64,000 bases of DNA, from the NCBI GenBank assembly GCA_965656375.1, contig CBFHKH010000001.1, positions 345,319-409,318 on the forward strand. Reading direction: 5' to 3'. Positions 49,016-60,629 of the stretch are shown in pieces (position 1 is the first letter of the stretch; the number at the start of each line of letters is the position of its first letter). The translations under genes and the position numbers were made by a program. This DNA comes from Minisyncoccia bacterium. Its GTDB lineage: Bacteria > Patescibacteriota > Minisyncoccia > Phycocordibacterales > UBA9973. The notes below the pieces were generated by a model that did not search any database, was not told where the DNA came from, and worked only from the letters and a program-made list of their open reading frames with translations.

Positions 49016-49098
49016 TGCGCCGGGGAGGATTCGAACCTCCGTAGGCCGAAGCCGACAGATTTACAGTCTGTTGTAATTGACCACTCTACCACCGACGC
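49016..49098 (-). tRNA. tRNA-Tyr (GTA)
   Basis: GCGTCGG/CCGGCGC acceptor, loop CTGTAAA, long variable arm, GGTTCGAATCC. Confidence 0.95.
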
Positions 49099-49167
49099 AT
49101 AGAGGAGAGTATACAGCATCTAACTCAATTTTTCAACATAAAAGCCTCCTAAAAAAGGAGGCTTTTA

Positions 49168-51864
49168 TTATTTATTATATGGACTTGGTTTTGCCACTTT
49201 GAAGTTAGATTTGATCTTTTTCTTGTTCATCTCAACAACAATCTCGTTATCCTTGAGAGTAACGTTTACAATATCCCCTTTCTTTACCCCCTTACCAATG
49301 ATGACTGACGCTACAGGATTGAGGATCTTATTCTGAATCAAGCGTCCAAGTGGTCTCGCACCGTAGTGCGGATTGTATCCCTCGCGTGCAAGATACGCGA
49401 GCGCATCTGGCGAGATATGGAGCTCGATATCTTTTGAGCGCAATCGCTCACGGATGACTTGAATCTTGAGATCTACAATATGGCGGATCACATCTTCAGG
49501 AAGAATATCAAAGACAATAATATCATCGAGTCGATTTAAGAATTCTGGACGGAAGTGATCTTTGAGACTCGCCAAGACTTTTTCCTTGGTGGCAGTGTAT
49601 TCGTCTTTCTTGGAATTATTGCTAAATCCAAGCGACTCCATCTTCTCTATCAAGTGCGAACCTATGTTTGAAGTAAGGATGATGATGGTATTTTTGAAGT
49701 TTACTACGCGGCCTTTTGCATCGGTAAGCCTCCCATCATCAAGAACCTGAAGAAGCACATTGAAAACTTCTGGATGAGCTTTTTCTATCTCATCGAAAAG
49801 AATGACTGAGTATGGGCGGTGACGAACAGATTCAGTGAGATTGCCTGATTCTTCATGTCCGACATAGCCCGGTGGTGAACCGATGAGTTTTGAAACACTA
49901 TGACGCTCCATGTATTCACTCATATCCACTCGTATCAATGATTTTTCATCGTTGAACATAAACTGTGCGAGCGTCTTGGTAAGCTCAGTCTTACCGACAC
50001 CAGTTGGGCCAAGGAAAATGAATGAGCCGATTGGTTTATTCGGATCAGAAATGCCTGCACGCGAACGTCGCACCACATCGGCGATTTTTGTAATCGCTTC
50101 GTCCTGTCCAACAACACGCTTTCGAAGCTCTCGTTCCATATTTGCAAGCTTCTCACGCTCTTCTTCAAGCATCTTTACAAGAGGGATACCGGTCCATCGC
50201 GAGACAACCTCAGCAATATCTTCACCAGTGATATCTTCTTTGAGTATTCTTCGTGATTTCTGGAGCTTCTTGAGTCGAGAAAGCTTTGTCTCGAGTTTGT
50301 TCTGTAGATCTGGAATCTGACCATAACGAATCTCAGCAGCTCGAGCAAGATCTGCACGCATCTCTGCGTTTTCACCTTCGAGGCGAAGCACTTCGAGCTC
50401 CTTCTTTATGGCACGTATACCGACAACCGTCTCTTTTTCATTTTTCCATTTGAGTTCAAGCTCGCGAGTTTTTTCCTTGAGGTTTGCGATTTCAGTGTCG
50501 ATATCTCTTACACGTGCTTTTGTATCCTTACTCTCTGGAGATTTGTTTGAAACGCGAGATATTTCCTTCATCAAAGCTTCTTTTTCTATCTCAAAACGCA
50601 TAATTTTTCTATGAGCATCTTCAAGGACTTGAGGCTTATTCTCAAGTGCAAGACGGAGCGCAGATGATGCTTCATCAATGAGGTCGACTGCTTTGTCTGG
50701 AAGGTATCGATTTGTAATATACCGAGTACTCAAGTTTACTGCTGCAAGGATTGCATCATCAGTGATGCGAACACCATGGAAAAGCTCATACTTTTCTTTA
50801 AGCCCTCGAAGGATCGCAATAGCATCTTCTGGACTTGGTTCATCGACAAAAATCGGCTGGAAACGACGAGCAAGTGCAGGATCTTTCTCAATATGCTTTT
50901 GATATTCTTTGAGTGTTGTCGCGCCGATAGCACGAAGCTCACCTCGTGCAAGAGCTGGTTTTAACATATTCGAAGCATCAAGCGATCCTTCTGCTGAACC
51001 CGCACCAACGATAGTATGAATCTCATCGATAAATAGTATTACTCGGCCTTCAGTCTTTTCTATTTCTTTCATGATACCGCGAAGGCGTTCTTCAAATTCA
51101 CCTCTGTATTTTGTACCAGACAAAAGGAGTCCAAGATCAAGCGCGACTACTTCTTTATCACGAAGGCTTTCCGGTACGTCATTTTTTGCAATACGAGTAG
51201 CAAGCGCTTCAGCAACTGCAGTTTTACCTGTTCCTGCTTCACCGATGAGTATTGGATTATTCTTTGTACGACGAGAAAGGATCTGCATCATACGCATGAT
51301 CTCCGTATCGCGTCCAATAACAGGATCGAGCTTATCAGCACGAGCAAGGTCGGTAAGATTACGGGTAAATTTCGCTAGAAGTTTTGGCTTCTTCGAAGTG
51401 CCAGTCTCCGTGATATTCTCATTACGAAAGAGCTCAAGGACCGAAAGAACCTGATCCTTTTCGATTTTGAATCGTGCGAGGAATTCTTTCGCTTCACCAA
51501 CAGTCTCAAGAAGTGAGACAAACAGGTGTTCGGTGGATACGAATTCATCTTTGAGTGCTGTCGCTACTTTGCTTGAATTCTCAATTGCCTGAGCAAGATC
51601 CGGAGTAAGATAGAGCTGGTATGATGGAGAGATTGTATTTCTACTTTCTGGCGCTTCTATCATTTCGATCAAATTATCGGTCATAAGCATTGTATCAACA
51701 TCCATCTTATCGAGTATTGATATGACAAGGGAATCTTCCTGTATAAGGAGGGATGTGAGAAGATGGAGACCGCTTACATGATTCTGTCCACGCTCAATAG
51801 CAAGCTCATGAGCTTTACGGATTGCTTCTTTTGCTTTGGTTGTAAAATGATTAAATGGTGGCAT
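49168..51864 (-). CDS. clpB: ATP-dependent chaperone ClpB
   Basis: Two AAA+ modules ([16 protein letters not shown]), long middle coiled coil with AAEIRYG. Confidence 0.93.
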   Translation of the reverse strand: MPPFNHFTTKAKEAIRKAHELAIERGQNHVSGLHLLTSLLIQEDSLVISILDKMDVDTMLMTDNLIEMIEAPESRNTISPSYQLYLTPDLAQAIENSSKVATALKDEFVSTEHLFVSLLETVGEAKEFLARFKIEKDQVLSVLELFRNENITETGTSKKPKLLAKFTRNLTDLARADKLDPVIGRDTEIMRMMQILSRRTKNNPILIGEAGTGKTAVAEALATRIAKNDVPESLRDKEVVALDLGLLLSGTKYRGEFEERLRGIMKEIEKTEGRVILFIDEIHTIVGAGSAEGSLDASNMLKPALARGELRAIGATTLKEYQKHIEKDPALARRFQPIFVDEPSPEDAIAILRGLKEKYELFHGVRITDDAILAAVNLSTRYITNRYLPDKAVDLIDEASSALRLALENKPQVLEDAHRKIMRFEIEKEALMKEISRVSNKSPESKDTKARVRDIDTEIANLKEKTRELELKWKNEKETVVGIRAIKKELEVLRLEGENAEMRADLARAAEIRYGQIPDLQNKLETKLSRLKKLQKSRRILKEDITGEDIAEVVSRWTGIPLVKMLEEEREKLANMERELRKRVVGQDEAITKIADVVRRSRAGISDPNKPIGSFIFLGPTGVGKTELTKTLAQFMFNDEKSLIRVDMSEYMERHSVSKLIGSPPGYVGHEESGNLTESVRHRPYSVILFDEIEKAHPEVFNVLLQVLDDGRLTDAKGRVVNFKNTIIILTSNIGSHLIEKMESLGFSNNSKKDEYTATKEKVLASLKDHFRPEFLNRLDDIIVFDILPEDVIRHIVDLKIQVIRERLRSKDIELHISPDALAYLAREGYNPHYGARPLGRLIQNKILNPVASVIIGKGVKKGDIVNVTLKDNEIVVEMNKKKIKSNFKVAKPSPYNK

Positions 51865-51903
51865 ATATATGTATTACGAATTACTAAACTTTTTGGTGCA
51901 CAT

Positions 51904-52482
51904 TTACTGTGTCCCTCCCGTAGATGGTGTAGCAGCTGATGCACCTTGAGTACTACTATCGGTTTTCGGATCTGCAGCTTTTTTCTGAGAGATCTTGAGT
52001 ATTGCAAATCCGTTTCCGAATTTCTTGAGGACTGTTGCATCAAAGTCCACATCACCGAGTACAACTTTGTAAACTTCTTTGTCTGTAAGTATTCCTGAAT
52101 CAACTAGCACGAGCCCCATATCAGAAATGATGATCCCTTGCCCAAGTGCTTTTGGTGCATCTCCTGTAGGAGACGAACCAGGACCTGGATTTATGACAGG
52201 CGTATCTGCTGGATAAATTGAGATCATCGCATTACCATCACCGAATGTCGATTTAGTCCCTGTGTCGGTATTTGTAGGAGTCTTAGTTTCGACGGTCGGA
52301 GCAGGAGTTGTAGAGACCTTCTCGATCGTACGCTGGATAACGTTATTTATCGTTGTTGGAACACTTTTTGGAGCTTGCTGCATAAGAGAAACCGTAATGA
52401 TACCTGTGGCAATAGAGACCACAAAAGTGATCAAAAGGGTCAGTAAAATAAGCTGCTTTTTGTTGAGTTCTTTTATATCCAT
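51904..52482 (-). CDS. membrane-anchored protein resembling a degenerate HtrA/trypsin N-terminal half
   Basis: TM, TINNVIQRTIEKV, LGQGIIISD.G.VL; catalytic residues not evident. Confidence 0.5.
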   Translation of the reverse strand: MDIKELNKKQLILLTLLITFVVSIATGIITVSLMQQAPKSVPTTINNVIQRTIEKVSTTPAPTVETKTPTNTDTGTKSTFGDGNAMISIYPADTPVINPGPGSSPTGDAPKALGQGIIISDMGLVLVDSGILTDKEVYKVVLGDVDFDATVLKKFGNGFAILKISQKKAADPKTDSSTQGASAATPSTGGTQ

Positions 52483-52509
52483 ATATTGAGTATAGCACAG
52501 CCGTCAAGC

Positions 52510-53739
52510 CTATTTCCAGGTACTATATTTCTTTAAAATATCAGTCAGAACTCGTACAAGAGTATCGATATCGCTCTTTGTTGTCTCACGACCAAGAGAA
52601 ATACGGATAGAGCCGTCGGTAGTAGTATGCCGAGCGCCCTCTGCTTCCCGCAACGCAGTGATGACATATGATTCATCGGGCTCATCGCTTTTGCATGCGC
52701 TCTTTGCAGATACTTCTATTCCCTTCGCATCAAGCTCAAGTACAAGGAGTTCGCTTGAAATACCTAGAATAGAAATGTTGATATTGTTCGGTAATCGATC
52801 GATCTTATCGCCGTTCAAACTAATTTCATATCCCGAAGTTTCTGAGAGTTTTAGCAATTTTTCAATTCCGTAATCACGGATGCTGATCAGGCGAGTAGAT
52901 TCTTTTTCTTTTATCTTGTTTGCCTCTTCTAGTGCAGCGGCAATACCTACGATGCTTGATACATTCTCTGTACCTGAACGTAAATCTGATTCTTGCCCAC
53001 CGCCTTTATACAAAGGCTCGAGCGCTATTCCACGCTTTTTGTACAACACTGAAGCACCTTTTGGTCCGTATATTTTTGAACTATTGAAAGCAAGTAGGTC
53101 TACGCCAAGCTTCTCGATATTCTCTGTAAATAAATAGTTCATCGCCTGACAAGCGTCAGTATGGAAAACAGGGAAAGGAAATTTATTTTCCAGTTTCTTT
53201 CTCTTCCGAAAATGCCGTATCACTTTCGCAATCTCCATGATCGGTTGGATCGTGCCGATCTCATTATTCGCATACATAACTGATACCAGAATAGTATTTT
53301 CTTTCAGTGCGTCTCGTATATCCTTCGGATCAACGATCCCTTTTGCGTTCACATTCACATATGTAACTTCTGCTTCACCTCGACTCTCGAGCAGTTTGCA
53401 ATTCTCAAGTACTGCTGAGTGTTCGATTCGCGTAGTGATGATATGCGGCATATCAATTCCGCAGCCACGTACCACACCAAGTATCGCAAGTGCATCACTT
53501 TCTGTTCCGCTTCCGGTAAAGAAAATCTCATCAGGGTGCGCAAAAAGTGCGGCTGCGATTTTTTTTCGAGCACCTTCTATGAGCGCGCGCGCATGGAGAC
53601 CTCCTGTATGAATGGAACTTCCATTTGCAAAAACACGAGACACATCTGCTAGCACCTTACGGACGCTTTGATCGATAGGCGTACCGGAAGCATAATCAAG
53701 ATATATCGTTTTCTTTGGATTCCGAGAGAATATTTTCAT
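52510..53739 (-). CDS. iscS: cysteine desulfurase (IscS/NifS type)
   Basis: YLDYA, FTGSGTE, IEH.AV, ANNEIGTIQP, HTDACQ, K.YGPKG, RSGTEN, SAC. Confidence 0.9.
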   Translation of the reverse strand: MKIFSRNPKKTIYLDYASGTPIDQSVRKVLADVSRVFANGSSIHTGGLHARALIEGARKKIAAALFAHPDEIFFTGSGTESDALAILGVVRGCGIDMPHIITTRIEHSAVLENCKLLESRGEAEVTYVNVNAKGIVDPKDIRDALKENTILVSVMYANNEIGTIQPIMEIAKVIRHFRKRKKLENKFPFPVFHTDACQAMNYLFTENIEKLGVDLLAFNSSKIYGPKGASVLYKKRGIALEPLYKGGGQESDLRSGTENVSSIVGIAAALEEANKIKEKESTRLISIRDYGIEKLLKLSETSGYEISLNGDKIDRLPNNINISILGISSELLVLELDAKGIEVSAKSACKSDEPDESYVITALREAEGARHTTTDGSIRISLGRETTKSDIDTLVRVLTDILKKYSTWK

Positions 53740-53809
53740 AATCTATATATGAACCACTATATCACGATATTGTAAAAAAGGCTTTATTAGTATATACTCT
53801 TTCACAGAT

Positions 53810-54253
53810 ATGACTACATCTATCCTACTTTATATACTCTCGGGCGTCATTGTTATCCTTCTTGTATGGATAGGTCTTCTTGAACATAGATTGAAGAAAT
53901 TCTTCGCTGGCACAAAAGCAAAAAACCTCGAGGAAGTGATGCTTGCTCTTGGTGCACAAGTGAACGCTCTCAAGGAAAGAGAAAGTAGTATCGATGCACA
54001 TTTGTCTACGATCGATGGACGCCTCGATACATCTATCCGAAAAATCCAAACTATCCGATTCAATCCATTTCTTGATGCAGGCAGCAATCAGAGTTTTGCC
54101 ATATCGCTTCTCAATGATAAAGGCGATGGAGTAATACTTTCGAGTTTGTATGCGCGCGATCGAATGAGCATTTTTGCAAAGCCAATACAAAATGGGAAGT
54201 CAGAGTTTGAGCTTTCAACCGAAGAGAAACAAGTTCTCAAGAAATCAATCTAA
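53810..54253 (+). CDS. DUF4446 family protein
   Basis: N-terminal TM; RFNPF...G.NQSF...LL...GDG..LSSLY.R...FAKP..G.S...LS.EE. Confidence 0.85.
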   Translation: MTTSILLYILSGVIVILLVWIGLLEHRLKKFFAGTKAKNLEEVMLALGAQVNALKERESSIDAHLSTIDGRLDTSIRKIQTIRFNPFLDAGSNQSFAISLLNDKGDGVILSSLYARDRMSIFAKPIQNGKSEFELSTEEKQVLKKSI

Positions 54254-54259
54254 ATAATT

Positions 54260-55774
54260 ATGAAAGATACCGATACACAAAAAAATACAGTGGCACGCCC
54301 TCCCGTTGTTGTAGTAATGGGTCATGTTGATCATGGCAAATCGACGCTTCTCGATTATATCCGCAAATCAAACGTTGTGGCAGGAGAATCAGGAGGTATC
54401 ACACAGCATATAAGCGCCTATGAAGTCACACACAAAGGCGATACTGGTGAGAACAGACAGATAACATTTCTCGATACTCCGGGCCACGAAGCATTTTCGA
54501 AAATGCGTGCACGTGGCGCACTCACCGCAGATATTGCGATACTCGTAGTATCAGCAGAAGACGGAATCAAAGCGCAGACACTTGAAGCCTACAACACTAT
54601 ACTCGAGAGCAAGATCCCTTACATTGTAGCGATCAACAAAATAGACAAACCAAATGCAAATGTCGAGCGAGTCAAGATGGAGCTCGTCGAGAAAGGTATT
54701 TATCTCGAAGGTTTGGGTGGTGATATCCCGTTCGTACCCATATCTTCAAAGGAAGGTACGGGTATTCCAGAACTCCTCGACATAATACTCCTCGTCGCTG
54801 ATTTGCATGCGTTTATGGGCGATGCGAACCTCACCGCAAGCGGCGTTGTGATCGAAGCAAATCGCGAACCAAAGCGTGGGATATCTGCTACCTGTGTAAT
54901 CAAGAACGGAACACTCCGATCCGGTATGTTCGTTGTAGCGGGATCTGCACTCGTAACCACACGTATTATGGAAAACTTTTTAGGCAAACCAGTCAAAGAT
55001 GCTACATTCTCCTCTCCTATCCGTCTTGTCGGCTTTGAATCAATGCCAGAGGTCGGAAGTGTATTTGAATCATTCAAAACAAAAAAAGAAGCAGAAGAGT
55101 ACATCCGAATGGTGAAAGATGGATCTCTACAAGAGAATAAAGAAAGTTCATCTTTGCAATCGCAGCCAGGCAAGCGCATACCACTCGTCATAAAGACTGA
55201 TGTATCAGGCACCATAGAAGCACTTGAAAAAGAAATCGAAAAACTTGGTAATGATGAAATTTCTTTTAAGATAATTCAAAAAGGTGTCGGCGCTATAAAT
55301 GAATCAGATGTAAAGATGGCACGTGACAACAAAGAGACGATCATCGTAGGATTCAATGTAAAGATGGACACTGGTGCACGCGACCTGAATGAACAGCTCA
55401 AAGTGACGATAGAGACTTTTGATATTATTTATAAACTTACTGATTGGCTCAAAGAAGTGATCGAAACACGCCGCCCACGTCAAGAAGTTATGGAAGTCAC
55501 TGGTACGCTTAAAGTGCTAAAAACATTTGGAGCAACAAAAGAAAGACAAGTTGTCGGCGGCAAAGTTACAACTGGCCGTATTACTGATGGTGGGATCGTA
55601 CGGATCATTCGTCGTGACTTTGAAATTGGACGCGGAAAAATCGTAGGACTCCAGCTCGCAAAGATTAAAACAAAAGAAGTACTTGAAGGTACAGACTGTG
55701 GGGTGATGGTTGAATCAAAGATCGATATCGCCCCGAGTGATATGCTCGAAGCATTTATCACTGTCATAAAATAA
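54260..55774 (+). CDS. infB: translation initiation factor IF-2 (short form)
   Basis: [39 protein letters not shown]. Confidence 0.96.
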   Translation: MKDTDTQKNTVARPPVVVVMGHVDHGKSTLLDYIRKSNVVAGESGGITQHISAYEVTHKGDTGENRQITFLDTPGHEAFSKMRARGALTADIAILVVSAEDGIKAQTLEAYNTILESKIPYIVAINKIDKPNANVERVKMELVEKGIYLEGLGGDIPFVPISSKEGTGIPELLDIILLVADLHAFMGDANLTASGVVIEANREPKRGISATCVIKNGTLRSGMFVVAGSALVTTRIMENFLGKPVKDATFSSPIRLVGFESMPEVGSVFESFKTKKEAEEYIRMVKDGSLQENKESSSLQSQPGKRIPLVIKTDVSGTIEALEKEIEKLGNDEISFKIIQKGVGAINESDVKMARDNKETIIVGFNVKMDTGARDLNEQLKVTIETFDIIYKLTDWLKEVIETRRPRQEVMEVTGTLKVLKTFGATKERQVVGGKVTTGRITDGGIVRIIRRDFEIGRGKIVGLQLAKIKTKEVLEGTDCGVMVESKIDIAPSDMLEAFITVIK

Positions 55775-55781
55775 ATACATC

Positions 55782-56108
55782 ATGTCACAATTTCGAGGAG
55801 AAAAGATATCAAATCATATACGAGAACTTGCAGCTACATTCATAGAGCGCGAAGCTGGTCCTACATCACTCATTACTGTCACTCGAGTACTACTTTCACC
55901 CGATAGTAAACGCGCTGTAATTATGATCACGGTACTACCACGTGAGAAAGAAACTGCCGCATATGGATTCATAAAGCGCAACTTGGGTGAACTACGAAAA
56001 TTCGTAACAAAGAATTTGAAGGTAAATCCAATTCCCTTTCTCAATGTAGAGATAGATGAGGGTGAGAAAAACCGTCAGAAAATTGACGAATTACTGCTAA
56101 ACAGTTAG
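55782..56108 (+). CDS. rbfA: ribosome-binding factor A
   Basis: Follows infB; ITVTRV..SPD...A, P.L....D......I.ELL. Confidence 0.85.
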   Translation: MSQFRGEKISNHIRELAATFIEREAGPTSLITVTRVLLSPDSKRAVIMITVLPREKETAAYGFIKRNLGELRKFVTKNLKVNPIPFLNVEIDEGEKNRQKIDELLLNS

Positions 56109-56140
56109 GATATAAAGTATTGTTTCTCTAAGAAACACAC

Positions 56141-56215
56141 GGCCTAGTCGCCAAGTGGTAAGGCAAGAGTCTGCAAAACCCTTATACGGCGGTTCGATTC
56201 CGCCCTAGGCCTCCA
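56141..56215 (+). tRNA. tRNA-Cys (GCA)
   Basis: GGCCTAG/CTAGGCC acceptor, U discriminator, loop CTGCAAA, encoded CCA. Confidence 0.95.
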
Positions 56216-56246
56216 CAAGGAATGTTCTTGTGATACAAACAAATAT

Positions 56247-56328
56247 GCCCGGGTGGCGGAATTGGTATACGCGCTAGTCTTAGGAACTAGTGGAGCAATC
56301 CTTGGAGGTTCAAGTCCTCTCCCGGGCA
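56247..56328 (+). tRNA. tRNA-Leu (TAG)
   Basis: GCCCGGG/CCCGGGC acceptor, loop CTTAGGA, long variable arm, GGTTCAAGTCC. Confidence 0.95.
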
Positions 56329-56387
56329 CAACATAGGACAAGTCCTAATAATAGCCTACAAGCAATAGATATTGTAGACTGTTCCTT

Positions 56388-57110
56388 ATGGGTAAGTGTT
56401 ATTTATGTAATTTAGAAAAGCCATTAATCGAGGCCCATATTATTCCTAAATGGGCTTATAAATATCTATACCCTGAGGATGGAAACAAAAAATCTCTTAT
56501 TTTAGTTTCAAAAACTGCTAAGCCTATTAAAAGACCTATTGGTTCATATGATCCAAAAATTCTTTGTGCAGATTGTGATAATTTTATCGGGGTCTATGAC
56601 GGATATGCAAAAATCATATTAATAGATTCTCCTTTAGAGCAAAAAGATAAATACTCTGTAATAAAGAATGTTAACCGTATTAAATTTACTCTTTTTGTTC
56701 TATCTGTAATATGGAGGGCTTCAATTTCAAAATTGCCTGAAAATAATCGTATAAAGTTGGGCCCCTATGAAGAAAAATTGAGAGATATTTTATTATCTGC
56801 TAAAAATGGTTCTAGTAATCCTATGATAATTAATTTTCCTTTCGTGGTTACAAAATTTGCTGTAGGAAAACTTCCATCAGATGTAGTAAATAAAAACATC
56901 CAAACTCCGCATACTGAACGACTAGATGGATTAAACATGGCTGTTTTCTATATGCCAAATGGGTACAAAATATTTACCAAAACAGACAAACGACCTTTCA
57001 ATTCTGTCCTTCAAAAAATGAGTGGACATTGGCAAGAAGGATTGTTTGTATTAAATTTTATAGATTACGAGACATCGAAGGAATATAGAGATTTACTAAA
57101 AATTGTTTAG
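56388..57110 (+). CDS. HNH-like zinc-binding protein
   Basis: CYLC...AHIIP...ILCADCDN...LS..WR. Confidence 0.6.
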   Translation: MGKCYLCNLEKPLIEAHIIPKWAYKYLYPEDGNKKSLILVSKTAKPIKRPIGSYDPKILCADCDNFIGVYDGYAKIILIDSPLEQKDKYSVIKNVNRIKFTLFVLSVIWRASISKLPENNRIKLGPYEEKLRDILLSAKNGSSNPMIINFPFVVTKFAVGKLPSDVVNKNIQTPHTERLDGLNMAVFYMPNGYKIFTKTDKRPFNSVLQKMSGHWQEGLFVLNFIDYETSKEYRDLLKIV

Positions 57111-57116
57111 CTTAGA

Positions 57117-57281
57117 TTATTCATGTTTTGGATAAATAACATTCCCCTCACGATCAATCAACATTCCATCTTTGATAACATACCCTTCAGCAATAAGTCG
57201 GTTATGTATCTTCTGTAAAATCTTCGCTAAACCAATGAGCCCTTGAATTGTCTCAGGTGGTAACCTTTTTTGTTTTTTCAT
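57117..57281 (-). CDS. 54-aa hypothetical protein
   Basis: MKKQKRLPPETIQGLIGLAKILQKIHNRLIAEGYVIKDGMLIDREGNVIYPKHE; below the ORF-track cutoff. Confidence 0.55.
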   Translation of the reverse strand: MKKQKRLPPETIQGLIGLAKILQKIHNRLIAEGYVIKDGMLIDREGNVIYPKHE

Positions 57282-57332
57282 ACTATTCTTTGTATTAGTA
57301 ATAACAAAGAGTGTATGAGCTATATGTAACGA

Positions 57333-57548
57333 TTACAACTCTGGATATATCTCTTCAGATTTAACCTTAAAGAGCTGAGAGAGCTTGATGAGATTAACTG
57401 CACTTGGCATAGCCTGTCCTCGTTCCCATCTACTAATCCTCTCTTCCCCTGTGAAGCCCATATGTAGAGAGACATCAGTTTGTTTGAGGTTGTGTATAGT
57501 GCGTAATTCTTTTAATTTATTTGGATACTTAAATTGAATGTTTTTCAT
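57333..57548 (-). CDS. XRE-family helix-turn-helix regulator
   Basis: NKLKELR....LKQ.DV.......ISRWERG...PS...L..L..LF. Confidence 0.88.
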   Translation of the reverse strand: MKNIQFKYPNKLKELRTIHNLKQTDVSLHMGFTGEERISRWERGQAMPSAVNLIKLSQLFKVKSEEIYPEL

Positions 57549-57696
57549 ATTAATATAGTAGCTAGGTTATAAATAAAAAATAAGAGAGGGTAAAATTCCC
57601 TATGTTGGAGGCTTGTTAGAATAATTTTTTAATTCTTCAATGCTATAAATTATTTTCTCTTGATGAGAGGGCAGTTCGTAAATCCATTCCTTTAGC

Positions 57697-57865
57697 GCAC
57701 ACATACAAAAAATGCACTCATTGAAGTGCATTTTTTGTATGTGTGCCCGGAGTTCCGACTCTACAGTCGGAACGTGAGAGAACTTGAAAACCCTGAGTAT
57801 ATCGCACGTAGTGAAACGAGTACGATACGAAGGGTGTACAGATCCTGTAAGAATCAAGATTCCTC
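57697..57865 (+). other. tRNA-mirror element matching tRNA-Leu, displaced 1.4 kb by the island
   Basis: TGTGCCCGG-[25-nt hairpin 57751-57775]-GAGAGAACTTGAA; shares GGTGTACWGATCCTGTAAGRATCRARATTCC with the Gln element. Confidence 0.75.
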
Positions 57866-57945
57866 GACCAATTTCCTTTCATTGACTTACACATTCTACA
57901 GTGGTATTGTTTTAGAAACAATCACTAAACCTAAAACAAAATATC

Positions 57946-58419
57946 ATGGCAACCAAGACAACTCCACCAACAGAAGAAGTAATTCCAATGAAAAAAACAG
58001 TTACTTCATTATTCCTATTCTGGAATGATAAGATGTTATTTATTCCATCGAAAGCAAATCACAGGCTTGTTGGACAAATAGATCCCCCATGTTGTTCTGA
58101 CTGCTTCACTTCAGAATCTGAGAGATTAGATTATGTAGTGAATAATTTCCTCCCTGAAAAATTATGCGGGAAAAACTTTCACAGTAATTTTTTATTAGGT
58201 GATACTCCAATAAAGTTTAATTATGATGATGAGTTGGGACACAAGTTATTTACAGGATATACTGCCTGGGTTAAACATGAAAAACGGAGGGAAATTCAAG
58301 CGGTAGAATTTCTTGTTGACCCCTCAGAAATGTGGGTAGACACAGTGGAAGTTAGAATGAACCCTGGTATTGTTGTAAGTCCTATGTTTAAAAAAGCCCT
58401 TGAACTACTATTCCCTTAG
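57946..58419 (+). CDS. hypothetical protein
   Basis: 157-aa ORF followed by terminator-like hairpin. Confidence 0.55.
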   Translation: MATKTTPPTEEVIPMKKTVTSLFLFWNDKMLFIPSKANHRLVGQIDPPCCSDCFTSESERLDYVVNNFLPEKLCGKNFHSNFLLGDTPIKFNYDDELGHKLFTGYTAWVKHEKRREIQAVEFLVDPSEMWVDTVEVRMNPGIVVSPMFKKALELLFP

Positions 58420-58519
58420 TGTAGAATTAAAGTTTTTAATAATACCCTTGCTGCGTAATATATTACGAAGTAAGGGTATTTTATTTGCATTCCTCCCCCC
58501 AATATAGTAGTATATCCAT

Positions 58520-58753
58520 ATGACGATTATTGCTACTATATTACCGTATATACAGATTATACTGTCTATTATTTTGGTTGTTGCGATCCTATTCCAGCAA
58601 TCAAGCGCAGGTGTCGGAGGCGCACTCGGAGGAGGAGATGGAGGTGGTCTTTACCACACTCGAAGAGGGTTCGAAAAGTTCCTCTTTGTCACGACTATTG
58701 TCGTTGGCATCCTATTTGCTGTTTCAGCATTTGTTGCAATACTCGTTAAGTAA
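58520..58753 (+). CDS. secG: preprotein translocase SecG
   Basis: QIILS..LV..IL.Q....G.GG..GG...TRRG.EK.L...T. Confidence 0.9.
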   Translation: MTIIATILPYIQIILSIILVVAILFQQSSAGVGGALGGGDGGGLYHTRRGFEKFLFVTTIVVGILFAVSAFVAILVK

Positions 58754-58810
58754 AGGTTTTTACTGTTACTCTTAACTTGAGATATACTCTCAAACATTAC
58801 ATGCAATAGT

Positions 58811-60610
58811 ATGCATACATTTCTCACATTCATAAAAGAATTTCGTATTCCAAAAAAAAGAGAACTTCGAGGTGCGCTCGCATCATTCACCCGTAAAAAG
58901 TTTTCCCTCTTTATAGCAGCACTCCTTGTAGCACTTGTTTCTATGATTGTGCTCCTTGAGAAGGTAAACACATCATTTATGGTTACTATCCCAGCTGATG
59001 GTGGCACTCTTGTCGAGGGAATCGTAGGCACTCCTACACTTGTAAACCCTGTACTTGCGCTTTCGGATGCAGATAAAGACATCGTATCACTTGTGTACTC
59101 TGGACTTATGAGAAAAACTCCGGATGGAACGTTTATTCCAGATCTTGCAGAGTCATACACGATATCACCTGATGGAATGACTTATACATTCGTAATGAAG
59201 AAGAATGTGAAATTCCATGACGGAACTCCTGTTACAGCAGACGACGTACTCTTTACCATCGCAAAAATTAAGGATCCGCTCATTAAAAGCCCACGCAGGG
59301 TTGGATGGGAGGGTGTAACCGTTGAGAAGACAGATGCAAACACTGTAGTGTTTACTCTCAAGCAGCCATTTATATCATTTATGGACAATACTACGATCGG
59401 CATATTACCGACTCATATCTGGAAGAACGTCACTGAAGCGGAATTCTCTCTTTCACCTCTTAACATCAAAGCAATTGGATCAGGACCCTACATGATAGAT
59501 GAAGTTATTAAAAATGATGACACTATTCCTGAAGGTTACAACTTGAAGCGCAATACGAATTTCGTACTCGGTACACCACACATCAAGAACATCAATATCG
59601 TCTCATATGCAAACGAAAAAGATCTAGTAAAGGATTTGGAAAACCATTACATCGATCAAGCAAGCGGGCTTTCTCCTCTCAATGCAGCAAATATAAAAAA
59701 AGCAGGATACACCATCCACACTGCAACCCTACCACGAATATTTGGTATGTTTTGGAACAGTGCAAACAATAAAGTACTTTTAGATCCGAACGTCATACAT
59801 GCGTTTGATGTAGCGCTCGATAGAAGTAGTATTGTAAATGAAGTTCTTGATGGATATGGAACAACAATTCATAGCCCAGTACCTGAGACTATTATAAAAG
59901 ATGCATCCGATACGATTAGAAGTACATCAGCGCTTGATGAGGCACGTGAAATCCTTGAAAAGGGCGGTTGGACAGTCGGCGCTGATGGGATCAGAACTCA
60001 TGGTGGAACAAAGACTGTCACGCAAACAAAAAAAGTTGGGAAGAAAACAGTAACGCAAAAAGTAACCGTAAATACTGGACCAGTGACAAAACTTGCATTT
60101 TCACTTTCTACCGGTAACACTCCTGAGTTACAGAAAGCAAGCGCCCTTATAAAAGAACAGCTCGAGGCGATCGGCGCACAAGTTGAGATAAAAGTGTATG
60201 AAACCGGTCCTCTCAATCAGCTTATACGAGAGCGTTCGTACGAGGCATTATTCTTTGGACAGATCATCAATCATGAATCAGACCTCTTCTCTTTTTGGCA
60301 TTCTTCCCAACGAGCAGATCCAGGGCTCAATATTGCTCTCTATAGCAACAAGGCAGTAGATGATATTCTCCTTTCAGTACAAAAGATATCAGACCAAAAC
60401 GCTCGCCTCGCAAAATACAAGGAATTCATAAAGCAGTTTGATACAAACATGCCTGCGCTCCTTATATATTCACCAAAATACTTATACGCAACATCATCAA
60501 AGCTTAATAACATAACCTTAGATACACTCACAATCCCGTCAGATCGTTTTGTATCAGTTCACACGTGGTATGCAAATGAAGAACACGTATGGAAAATATT
60601 TACTAAATAA
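58811..60610 (+). CDS. ABC peptide substrate-binding protein (family 5, OppA-like)
   Basis: GG...EG..G.P...NP, YSGL, PDLAES..S.DG..YTF, FHDG.P.TADDV.FT, IGSGPY. Confidence 0.88.
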   Translation: MHTFLTFIKEFRIPKKRELRGALASFTRKKFSLFIAALLVALVSMIVLLEKVNTSFMVTIPADGGTLVEGIVGTPTLVNPVLALSDADKDIVSLVYSGLMRKTPDGTFIPDLAESYTISPDGMTYTFVMKKNVKFHDGTPVTADDVLFTIAKIKDPLIKSPRRVGWEGVTVEKTDANTVVFTLKQPFISFMDNTTIGILPTHIWKNVTEAEFSLSPLNIKAIGSGPYMIDEVIKNDDTIPEGYNLKRNTNFVLGTPHIKNINIVSYANEKDLVKDLENHYIDQASGLSPLNAANIKKAGYTIHTATLPRIFGMFWNSANNKVLLDPNVIHAFDVALDRSSIVNEVLDGYGTTIHSPVPETIIKDASDTIRSTSALDEAREILEKGGWTVGADGIRTHGGTKTVTQTKKVGKKTVTQKVTVNTGPVTKLAFSLSTGNTPELQKASALIKEQLEAIGAQVEIKVYETGPLNQLIRERSYEALFFGQIINHESDLFSFWHSSQRADPGLNIALYSNKAVDDILLSVQKISDQNARLAKYKEFIKQFDTNMPALLIYSPKYLYATSSKLNNITLDTLTIPSDRFVSVHTWYANEEHVWKIFTK

Positions 60611-60629
60611 TTAATACCACATAGACCCT

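Larger units (their letters stand above)
56329..57701. mobile_element. small AT-rich island at the tRNA-Leu 3' end (no integrase)
   Basis: Bounded by tRNA end GCACA and att-like repeat GTTCGTA-N19 ending GCA-CA (57674-57701); carries HNH-like, small and HTH genes. Confidence 0.6.
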
